A stretch of DNA of 61,131 bases, the filler included, from Rhabdomonas costata (taxonomy: Eukaryota), in the NCBI GenBank assembly GCA_019059605.1. It is 14 parts of 14 records of this genome, joined end to end, with 100 filler letters (N's around TTAATTAATTAA, not from the genome) between each part and the next. Parts side by side here need not be neighbours in the genome. Positions count along the whole stretch, not along the records: positions 47,422 to 51,609 come from JAHMHO010000317.1; positions 51,710 to 55,895 come from JAHMHO010000318.1; positions 55,996 to 61,131 come from JAHMHO010000319.1; 11 more parts are not named here. One strand, given 5' to 3'. The position numbers and the translations under genes were made by a program. A model generated the notes under the pieces. That model saw only the letters and a program-made list of their open reading frames with translations. It searched no databases and was not told the origin of the DNA. Of this stretch, positions 51,154 through 61,131 are shown piece by piece (the first letter of the stretch is position 1; every line of letters begins with the position of its first letter).

Positions 51154-51710
51154 AATTCTGTGAGTACAGGCTTCAAGCCATGCGTGCGGTTGTTTCTGCA
51201 GAGAGTGAGATTCTTGCTAGCAGAGGCTTCTCGTGCAGAGGGGGAGAAATCGGATTCGGTTCCTTCAGTGATTGCTGGTGATGGCTTCTGGCCTTGTGCC
51301 TCAATTGACCTTTTCGTAGCTCGGTCAGCGGTTAGCCCGCCCGCAGACATTTGCTTTTTTAAAGAAACGAATTGTGAAAGAGGCATTCTCGAACTCTTTC
51401 TTTGCACCTTTGCTTGTACTGTCTTCCCGGGTGGTAAGGCAGGGTTTCCCAGGGAAAGTTATGATACGACTGCTTACGTCTTCCATGATCCACGGCTGCT
51501 TCGGAGCCAGCCGACCCGGCAGATCGCCAGTTGGACCCTGCCTCTGTCTCTCAGCTCGCGCATCAAGAAAACCTCGGAGCATCAAAAAAAACCCAAACAC
51601 ACCCACCACNNNNNNNNNNNNNNNNNNNNNNNNNNNNNNNNNNNNNNNNNNNNTTAATTAATTAANNNNNNNNNNNNNNNNNNNNNNNNNNNNNNNNNNN
51701 NNNNNNNNNG

Positions 51711-52062
51711 TGTGCTTTGCATCAACTTCTGGCGCCGAGCCAGCGATTACGGGTGTGTCGAGTACGAGGACGAGGACGCAAAGGTATCAACGCAATGCCC
51801 ACCGTACACCCCATCCCACCACCAGAACCCAGACACACACTTTACTCCTCCGCATGCAATCCTCACCTGCCTTCATCCACTGCATGAATATCAAAGCACA
51901 AGAAAAATCATTCACTCATTCAGGACCACCCAACCCTAATAAAACAAGCAACAGTTGGAGAGAAGGCCAGGAGCTCCCCGACAACTCAAAACTAACAAGT
52001 GAAATAAAAAGGTTGCATGCCGCTGCCTGTCATGGGTTCGCCAGAAGTTGATGCAAAGCACA
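51711..52062. repeat. Exact 24-bp inverted repeat (51711-51734 / 52039-52062) bracketing an inverted gene segment
   Basis: tgtgctttgcatcaacttctggcg and its reverse complement. Confidence 0.95.
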
Positions 52063-53957
52063 GTGCCAAACTGAAACGAGCCCCGAGGTGGCTCACGGGG
52101 GGTCGAAACAGCTGGACTTGACGGAACCTCGTGAAGCCCAGGAGAAACAGAACCACCGACCCTAGGAGTCGCCTCACAAACAGTCTTCTCCGTACTCTTT
52201 CGAGGCATGGAAACCGAGGAAACGGCGTACGCATCTCCAGGATTGTGGTGACCGTGGTGACGAGCGGGGCGAAGAACACTTGGAATACCGTAAAAACCAG
52301 AATCACGACGGCGAACCAGACACTGTGGAAGAAATGGCTTGTACCGCGTCAAACAGCCCACCATGATCCGGAACGAACACTGAACCGATCCCAGCTCCGC
52401 AATCAAAGAGGAGGTGCCAATATTCACCTCTTCCACCTCCATCTCCGCTACCGCATGCATCTCTCGGGACAATCGGCCCACAACTTGGGCAATACTAACG
52501 ACCACAACCACAGCAACAGCAAGAGTCCCACAGATCACCACAACTAGCACAAAAATAGTTGCGGTTTTCAACGACCTCACCGAATTCGCCACGGAGGAAG
52601 CCTGCTCCGATAGAACATCCGCACCACGCGAGAGCTCCCCTAAATCCCTCGACAAGGCCGATGCAGCAGCCAACGCCTCGCTCCCCCGAGACAATGCCTG
52701 CGAAATGTTCTTCGACGAGGAGCTAACTCGATCCAGAAACTCTTGCACGGCGGTCAGCTGGCATGCCAATAGCTGCAAACCTTGCCGCAGGAAGACGCTT
52801 GTGCTCAGCAGGTACATCGTCCCATTGTGCTCAAGACTTCCGAATGTCGTCGGCACGCTCTGGAGACTTCCGTAGGTGGCCTGCAGGTACGCTACCGCTG
52901 CCTGAACCTTCGCCTCAGGAAACAACGCCACAGGATAGCCGGGGGCAAGGTACCCTTCCTCGATATCTCCATAGAACATTGCCACCCCTTCGAAAGTGTG
53001 GGCAATCACGAAATCTTCGCCCCTGGTGAGATCAAGAAGAAATGCCATTGAGCCTTTTGAGACAAGGCTGTGCTGAAGAAGTTCACTCAGAAAACCCATC
53101 TCCAGCAGGACGGCGAAAAATCCGTGCACCTGCTGAGGGAGAAATGCACCTTTCAAACGGCCGAGGAGGAGACGCGGGGGACGCATGGCGCCGTCGATCA
53201 CGTCGACAGCAATGTATCGTACCCAAGAGAGGCCTGTGGCAAAAAAGCTCTGCAAAGCTTCCGGGCTGAGAGTGAACACGGTCGCGTTGGAAAGGATGCT
53301 CGGATCATTTTCCTTCCCAAGAAAGCTTGCAGGACTGAGTGATGGGTCAAGGCTCCAGTACGTGTACCGCTGATCATTTCCGACTACAAACAACGCGTAG
53401 CTCGGATCGTTGGCCCACCCACAAGCAGTCCAGTTGCCAGGCATCGCACTGTTTGGCTCCGCAAAATAGATGAATTTGAAAAAAGACGGATATACAACGG
53501 TCTGCTCCACAAACTCATACATGAACTGCACTGTCGTCACCTTCTGGTTTGTGCCATTGTTGTCTGGATTACACGTACCCAGGAACCCTCGATGCCAGGC
53601 CATCCAAAGCCCATTCGAGGCTCCCTCCGCGGCGTCCAGGCGAGTGCTGATCACCGACTCCATCTGCCGCATCGCTTTCGTGTGAAGCTGAAAAACCGTA
53701 CTGTTAAAAAGGCCCTTTGTGCTGCTGATGGCTTCCATCCCCACACGGGCGGCCTGCCCAGACGCATTCGAGGGCGTGGTGGAGGAGTCTATTGCGAAAC
53801 GTGCAGTAGCCAGGGCTGCGTCCGCGGCATCAACCGCCCCATTGGCGATGCCCAGGGCCTGGTTCGCCCGAAACTGCAGAACCGCAGCGAGGACGACTCC
53901 CGGGACAAGCGGCACAGCGACAAATATAAGGGCGGCGAGAAAAAGGGGCAGTTTCAT
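52039..53957 (-). CDS. Two-TM receptor-like protein (Cache-like ectodomain, HAMP-like linker, probable degenerate nucleotide-cyclase-like domain)
   Basis: Single long exon from MKLPLFLAALIF (TM1), a ~450-aa ectodomain, TM2 IFVLVVVICGTLAVAVVVVVSI, HAMP-like LSREMHAVAEMEV...SLIAEL..VQCSFRIMV..L..YKPFLPQ, then GTVLCINF. The true continuation appears on + at 51711-51783. Confidence 0.8.
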
Positions 53958-55188
53958 CCTTGAACAGGCGTGGGCCGATAAACGGGAGAAGTGGAAAGTA
54001 AATCGAAAAAAGAGTACATAACCGTGAAAGCGCAATGCAAAGTTGACGAGAAGCTGAACCGCGAGAAAAAGTTGAAAGCAACCGGTCATGGGTTGAGAGT
54101 CTGGACTATCGCTGCCATGTAATTTGGGGTGCACAAGGGGACTCCGCTTGCGGCGGAAAGCAGAACTGATGCTTCGCTACTACTCTCACCCCCAGATAAA
54201 GTACTTACTTTCCCAGCCAAATTCTCCATTTCCACTTCCATCAGGAAAATCCTTTCTACTCATCATCAAAAAGGCATATATCTTGACGTAAACCCCCGTA
54301 AAAAAACATTGCTGCTGAGCGAAGGTCTCGCGGAACTTAACATCATGCTGTGTCTCATGACAACGTCCCTTGTGGATGTGATCGTTCTTGTGAGTCCCAA
54401 GTCCAGCCGCTACGGCCGACAGTTTGCTTCATGCACACTCTAAAGAGCCGGCACACCATTTCGCCCACCGACAACCCCCACAGCCCCCACAAAGGTGGTT
54501 TGCAGCAGCTCTCTTTACGTTCATCCGCTGACAAGACAAAAGCTGCGGACTGAGCCCTAGAGTCGCAATAAAAGCACTGACCGAAAAACATCATTGGGTT
54601 GAGATCCCTCGAACATGGACTTGTTTTCCCATCCTGAATGGCCAGCTCCCCTCGCTCAGAGTCAAACAGAACGCGATCACAGGGAAGGAGGAAGGGGGGG
54701 AGGGGGCAGGTCTGGGGTGCTCTACCGCCCCCCCCCCCGCTCCCCACGGTCCCAATCCTCTGCAGTGTGCAAATCCCCGACAAGAGTCAAGTTCGTGGGT
54801 ATGAGTGCGAGGTGTGGTAAGGCGGTTCGGGGGACGGCAGACGAGACGCGTGAAGCGCTTCGCCCTGTTCAAAACACACACACACACACACACACACACG
54901 GGAGGTAGCAGAAAATGCATCCCTTGGCAACAAACGGCGACACTGGCATTTCCACGGCGTATCGAAGAAAAGACAGAGCCTCGTTTGAAGGGGCAATGGG
55001 AGGCCAGGAGTGCAGGCTGAAATTCAAAAAAAAAACTGAACGTCGAGGGCGCGGAGGACAAACAAAACAAGCACACATTTAAGCAAGGACAAAAAGGCAG
55101 ACGGAAAACACGCGAAGCTTAATAATCCTGGCAAGCTCTGAAAACGCTGCCCACAGACTGAGTCGTTCCCTCGACCTGAGGAGACCAC

Positions 55189-55486
55189 CTGTACTTCTGG
55201 TGGCGGCTCCCCTTTCGGATGCATTCCAGAAGGAACCCACAGCCATCTCGCGGCTCCCCCATGGTGTGGGAAGACGTCACGGCAGCCTCCAACTGGGCCA
55301 GCAGGGCGGCAGGCACGGCACTGCCACTGCCGCCGTGGCCCCGCCGCCACTCCTGGAACACCGCCGTAAGAAGCTGCTCCCGCGAGCCCTGCGCCAGGGC
55401 GTTGCGCTGATCGCTAGCGGCCAAGGTGTACATCCACTCATCTGCGCAGCCGGAAGCATCACAATCTATGAGGAATTCCAACGCTG
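55189..55486 (-). CDS. Exon of an upstream gene, probably the C-terminal part of a tandem receptor paralogue
   Basis: GC-rich exon LEFL...ADEWMYTLAA... ending ag|gtggtc. EWMY.L is recalled as a C-terminal motif of this receptor family; unverified. Confidence 0.5.
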
Positions 55487-55609
55487 CTGGCACACCGGCG
55501 TAGAGGTGGGCGGGCGGTGTGTCAGCCTACAGTTATTTCTCTTATCAAGCCCAAGCGCGATGTCAAGGCAGTGCAAAAACAAAAGGTCCTTCCAAGCGAA
55601 GGCTCAAAA

Positions 55610-55888
55610 AATGCCCCAAAATTGCCCTTAAATGGCCTCTAGTGCGGCTCCAAACCGAAGCATTCCGGCCCACTCTGGTGTCACTATGAAGTCCTCCTGG
55701 GCTCTACCCCTAGGCATGCTAAGTAGGCCCGGTGGAAAGCTTAGGCTCAGGTAGGCCCGAAAAATTTCGGGAAATAAGTCGAAAATGCCCTGAAAAGGGC
55801 CAAAATGGGACCTTGAAGGGGCCATATGTTGGCATAGAGAAGGATTCCGAGGCCGGGAAGCGGCCAATCAACTCATCTCAGAAGCACC
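55610..55888 (+). mobile_element. Repeat family A, copy 3
   Basis: Colinear with 3465-3776. Confidence 0.85.
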
Positions 55889-55995
55889 CCCCCCCNNNNN
55901 NNNNNNNNNNNNNNNNNNNNNNNNNNNNNNNNNNNNNNNTTAATTAATTAANNNNNNNNNNNNNNNNNNNNNNNNNNNNNNNNNNNNNNNNNNNN

Positions 55996-56268
55996 CCACT
56001 GCGCGCACTGCGCGGGGTGGTGTGGGAGCACCAGCCGCAGGGTGGTGCCGTGGCTTGGGGCGCTCTCCACCAGAGCGAGCTCCCCGCTGTGTGCATAGGG
56101 ATGCAGGTGTCTATGTGTGTGTGTGGATGGGCACGGCGCACACCCTCACCCCAAATTCCCGTCGTGTCGTCCTGCACGAACAGCAGCACCGTGAACGCGC
56201 CAAAAAACCAACGGGTGTGCAGAACAAGCAGCACATGGACACGCCACAGCACACCGCGCCAAGGCGCA

Positions 56269-56305
<37 letters not shown>

Positions 56306-59300
56306 GGGCGCATTGCGCGCTGGCTGTTGCCTGGGTGACTGGTTGCTTGGTTGTTGGTAACCACTGTGGACTGACTGGCGCACGCTCTGTTGGCCACGGG
56401 TGCTCGCGACAGGTGCCGTTCGAGCGAACGGTGCCATGGGGAACCGGAACAGTGTGTGTGTTTGTGTGCTGGTCCAAGGAAGAGCACCACTTGGTCTCTT
56501 CGTAATTGGGACCCGCGGTCTCGCCAACAGCAGCTGGGCTGGAAGGGGGCAGATCAAGCACGCGATGCGGCGCGCCCGGTAAGCGGACAGTGACGAGGAA
56601 GGACAAGAAAAACAAGAAACGTCCCTCCCGGAGGCCTCCTCCTCAGCACGGTCAGCAAGTCGGAAAGCGGGCAATCGAGAAGAACGCGCAGCTGATGGAC
56701 GCGCTGGACAGGACCAAGATGTATTGCGGCGTGGACGCCAACAACCGCTCAGGGGTACAACGAAAGCTAGAGCAGCGAGAACGAGAGCGAGAAGAGCGAG
56801 CAACCCACCCGGGGGTCGCGGGGACTTCTCCCTTGCGCCGGTCCCCGACCTCACCCGCGAGGACCCAGGCTTTACAAGCCGGGGCACCCCGAGCCTGCCC
56901 ACCCGCCTCTACCCGAGATGTTCTGCCCCTTCTGCGGGAACCAGCTTCCCGGACCAGCCAACACCAACACCCACCGCCCAGCCTTCAGCCTAGCGGGAGA
57001 ACCGCCGATGACGGCTCACGCCTGAAAAGGCGGTTCCCACCCAGCGCGCCCCAGAGGACTCTACCTCCCGGGCGCGCGGGTGCCAACCCGCGTTCCCCTC
57101 AGCGAGACCCCCGGCCCCCAAGAAAGCACACGCCTCCCCGTGTAACGTCAGTACACACCAAGCAACCCACCCAAGCTTTGGCACACATCCACCACCCGTC
57201 TGGGCACCTGGACACAGGTCAGAACTAGAAACGCGGTGGCTGTCCCGCCTTGGTGCTCCTTGTGTCTTGCGAAAAAGATACACATGTACGTGCACGGATA
57301 TAGGGGGAAGGGGGAGGGAGAGACAGACCCCATGAGCTGACTCAGCTGCATGCACAGTGCAAGCCCCAGCCCACACCCCGAGCAGCCCCGCCCGCAGTGC
57401 AGCGCACTGTCAGTGGAGCGACCCTTGCGGGCGGGTGACCCGGGGGAGCCCTCCGAAGGCCCTGGGACTTGGTAGAAAGCTTTGAACAGCCCGGGGTGGC
57501 ACGCCGCGGGAATCCCGCAGCCTTTGTCCACCACCAGGAACTCCACACACTGGCCCAGGGTGCGCACCCGAAGCAGCACGTTAGGCCGCGCTTCGGTGCG
57601 CGGCAGGCGGTGCGTGGCATGTAGCGCGTTGAGCAGGAGGTGAATCAGAACCTGCGGTGAAGGGTGCAGAGAAGTTCCTGACACAATATCGCATCGGTTT
57701 AAAAGTCACTCCGAAGGTAGGTCTCCAAGGTTCCTTTCGGAGCATTCACTTAAGCATAATGCTAATGCTGGGAACGCAGCCCAGGCTGGTTTTCAGCATC
57801 CTGCCGCGATGGGTATGAATGGCGTCTGGTGGCGAGAAAAGCGTAGAGGGTGCAGGGCCCCCACACCCACAGACTTCTCTGTGTGTGCGTATCGAATCCT
57901 AACCCAAGCATCACCATCCATGCACGAGGAAACCAAAAGAACTACAAACCGTTCCACGAACACGTGTTTCGATGGGTTGGGTGAAATGACATATTACTTG
58001 GTAATCCCCCGCCAGCTGCAGTCGTGAGCTGCGTGTGTTCCCGGAGGCGACTGGCCGGTGCAGACCATATGGTCACTCCATAGGGTACTCACTTCCAGAG
58101 CCCGCTGCCGCAGTGGTACGACGGGAAACGGCGCACCACGTCTCCGTGCGCGTGAATTATACTACGCGTTTCGTCGACGCAGGACGCAAAACACACCTGC
58201 AGCACCCGCTCCTCATCCCCAACCAGGTCGGACGGAGAACCTGGGCAAATCTCCAGCTGCATCCCAACCTGCAGCCGTGCCGTCTCCGCCGCGAGCGACT
58301 CTAATTAGCAGCACACCAACGCACACNNNNNNNNNNNNNNNNNNNNNNNNNNNNNNNNNNNNNNNNNNNNNNNNNNNNNNNNNNNNNNNNNNNNNNNNNN
58401 NNNNNNCCGTCTCCGCCGCGAGCGACTCTAATTAGCAGCACACCAACGCACACGACTGGAGAGGTGCCCATAGCAGCCCCGCGCCAAAAGGCTCCTCTCG
58501 GGTGCAGCAAGTGCGAAGCTTCCTCCAATGCACCCTCAAAAATGCTATCAGAAGAACCCTCACAAGAACCCACAGAAAAACTCTCCGGATGTGATGAGCT
58601 CGAACCGGCGCCACAACAATTCATCAAGCTGAAAATGAACAGAATCATGCTCCCGCTCTTTGTGATACCGTTGCGTACACTGCCTTGGTCTTGGTCTTGG
58701 AGTGGATAGAGACCGTTTTCGACGGGTTCCCCCTCCCTTCTCAAATTTAATTGGTGGGAGGCTCGCGCTCCACGCGTCACATCACCACCCTCTGCACCCA
58801 CCCTTCTTGCTGTAGTTTAATGGGTGTGCTCGGCAAGGGTACTCTCTTGCCCTTTAACTCAGCACTGGCGACACCAAAAGAGGAAAAAGGCGACCCGGAG
58901 GGAGACCCCACTCCAATGATGGGTTCGCCATTTTGAAAAAGAATAAAGGAGAAAACCTCGCAGCTGGCCCAGAAGTCCCTCCACGCTGTACGGGTGGCAG
59001 CGCAGCGGCAGAGTTCCGCCCTGGCACGCGCACAAGTCCACCCAGTCGGAGACTGTCGCGGTCATCGCCTCTCCTCCAGACAGGATCATCTGTACCAAGG
59101 ACGGGTCGGCGTGGCCCGACGCGCTGAGCAGCTGTGGTTAGGGCGGGAAATTGAAATTTCGCTGCCGTCTGAGTGGTGGTGGTTGCGAAGAGCAAACGCC
59201 CCCCCTCCCGCATATCTTCACAGCGGGGCAGGAAAGGATAAAGTGTCAAGCTGGCGATCGAGGAAATGGAAAAAGTTTCCAATTCGGTGGGCAGGCGAAA

Positions 59301-60273
59301 CGGCCGCGGCCATTCTGTCTTCCTCCTGCACTCTTTCGTTGTGCCGGCTTTCTTGCTCTAGAAGGAGGTCAGCCCTCGGCGGAAGGGCACTTAACTGGAA
59401 CTTTGCACGCCTGACATTCAGCCTGAACTTTTAGCCGATTCTGTTTAACATTTCAAAAGGACGAGCCTCAAACTGGGTGGAAATGGCTCTGCTTGTAGCC
59501 GCCCTTAGCCTCTGAGATGTTGCTCGTGTTAGTCGGAAGAGTAGCACCATCCAACAGCCGATTTATGTGAACGTATGTATGTTTACGATATGTGCATCTG
59601 GGAGTAGCGAAAAATCAGAATTGGGGAGGGGACGCAACCGGTCCACTGTGAATAAAACACAAGTTGGTTGGGCGACTGCTCGGTGGCTCTCGCGTGGGCA
59701 CAAGAAACCAATAGCTAATGCTAATGCATGTCTCCGAGTCTCATTTTTAATGAAGCAGGAAGCGTGCTCCACAACCTGAGCAGCTCCCAGGATCGCGTTG
59801 AGGTTGGTGTTCAGGAAGTGGGAGATCCGGCCCAGCCCTGGGCCCACCGCAAGCGCGCCCCCAGTCTTTATCGCCCTGCAGCGGGCCTCCTCCGTTTGCG
59901 TCCACACACCCCGCAGCTCTGACCACACCCACCACCCCAGCCGTCCACCCTCGGCCTGCCCCTCTGCTCCAGCGGCCAGGCTTTCGCCACCACTACTGCT
60001 GCGGCAGTAGTCTGCGGAGAGACTCCCTGGCCGACGAAGTGCCCGGGCAAAGCGAAGGAGCTGCGCGCGGGCCATTGTGGTGTGCATCACCCCAAAGGCG
60101 ACGCAGGCGGGGATCAGCGCGGCCGCCAGAGCGGCGGGGCCAAAGGCTGTGGTGTGGTAGGCGAGCAGCACCACCACAGCGCTCTGGAGGAGTGCGGAGA
60201 GCAGGAAGAAGCCCGTAGCGGAGGCGAGGGCCCAGGACAACGCAGCGCAGGCCAGGCCCTGGTCACAGGGCAT
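55996..60273 (-). CDS. Membrane-bound histidine kinase (TM-HisKA-HATPase_c), degenerate H-box, 3' partial
   Basis: Exons 60273-59776 (TMs; ISHFLNTNLNAILGAAQ), 59131-58957, 58300-58197 (LVGDEERVLQ), 57651-57329 (VLIHLLLNA, VVDKGCGI, LFKAFYQ, GCGLGLAL..QL.QLMG) and 56086-55996 (GELALVESAPSHGTTLRLVLP). All GT-AG and phase-consistent. Confidence 0.9.
58280..58453. other. Scaffold gap (58327-58406) with a 47-bp flank duplicated on both sides
   Basis: 58280-58326 is identical to 58407-58453, so this is an unmerged overlap. Confidence 0.9.
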
Positions 60274-61131
60274 TTCAAAAGGGATTATATAATTTTCGAA
60301 CGGAAGTGCTGGGAGAATGGGGTGAGAGGACGGGGCTTTGTAAGGGGAAAGAAAGGCACGTGTAGGAAGTAAAAAAAAGAGAGGCACATCTAAGCCTGCG
60401 GTGAGGAAGGCAAAAACGCAACCTTGAGGAGTTGCAAGTCTTCGTGGAGCTCTAAGTTTTTTATTTTACGAATGTAAAATTCTTCCTGACCCAAAACTGT
60501 ATTACAACGCGCAAACACCAACCCACACACTGGGGGAGCAATTCAAAATGCTGGAAAAAGGTAAGCGGCCCACGTACCTGACGACATGTTAAGCAACATA
60601 TCCACCAGAACCGAAGCTCCTGCCTCAAAAATACGACACAACCCCTATCCCCACCACCACCATTAACCAGCCTTTTCTTTGCATGACCACCTTCACACTC
60701 ACCCCAGCCCGCGTTTCAAATAGGTCTCACGCGCAAGCCGCGAGCGCGAGCGGCTGCACCAGCCGCGATCCACCAGAAACGAAATCTTGCTAGCATTCCT
60801 TGATCATGGTGGCGAGACAACGCCACATTCCCCTCTCCCACGATCATGATTCTCAATTCTCACCGGCACCAAAATACACGCAGCGATGGCTTAATCGTGA
60901 TGCGGGAGGGGGAGAGGGGTTGCAGCGGAGATCAAGCCAAAAGCTGGAAACCCATCATCGAAGTGACTCAGGATACGGCTGAGCAAAGCAAAACACCCCT
61001 TCAGAACGGTATTCAGCGAAAAAAAAACAGTGCTGCATCACGGCGAGAAAAATATACCGCGCCACGCCAACTTAAACTACAACATGCAGTACGACATATA
61101 TCGTCGACGTGGGCATCACCACCCCAAAACC

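Noticed and set aside
58000..58115. In-frame TGA in a possible HK exon (recoding)
   Set aside because: The true exon is 58300-58197, and TGA is a normal stop in ATG12, the 2H gene and SKP1.
58280..58453. 47-bp direct repeat around a gap, as a TSD or duplicated exon
   Set aside because: Exact overlap either side of Ns; collapsing it gives a clean HK exon and acceptor.

Overview
This is eukaryotic protist nuclear DNA, not one continuous locus. The window is 14 unlinked contigs (13 of ~4.2 kb, the last ~5.1 kb) joined by artificial 100-nt spacers (N44-TTAATTAATTAA-N44), and G/T-only contig ends suggest whole-genome amplification. Most ORFs in the supplied track are spurious, so I rebuilt the real intron-split genes by hand from conserved motifs. 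Recognisable products: an intronless RutG/UraA-type NCS2 permease, an LYR-motif + ApaG protein, a SKP1-like protein, an AbcH/LolD-type ABC ATPase, an AKAP7-like 2H phosphoesterase, a tandem-BRCT protein, a PH protein, an RIIa/Dpy-30-like domain fused to a Ham1/ITPase, a CHD6-9-like remodeller, Cache-type receptor-like proteins, ATG12, an APE-less protein kinase, eIF5B and a membrane histidine kinase with a degenerate H-box. There are also Ty3/Gypsy and CRE-like retroelement relics and a dispersed MITE-like repeat. The receptor family and splice-site style suggest a euglenozoan, probably a euglenid (inference). The strongest general signal is in splicing: 3 of 37 modelled donors are GC, and 31 of 37 have a pyrimidine at +4 where A is usual. 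I found no single clearly new multi-gene system, and because the contigs are unlinked no cross-contig neighbourhood argument is valid.
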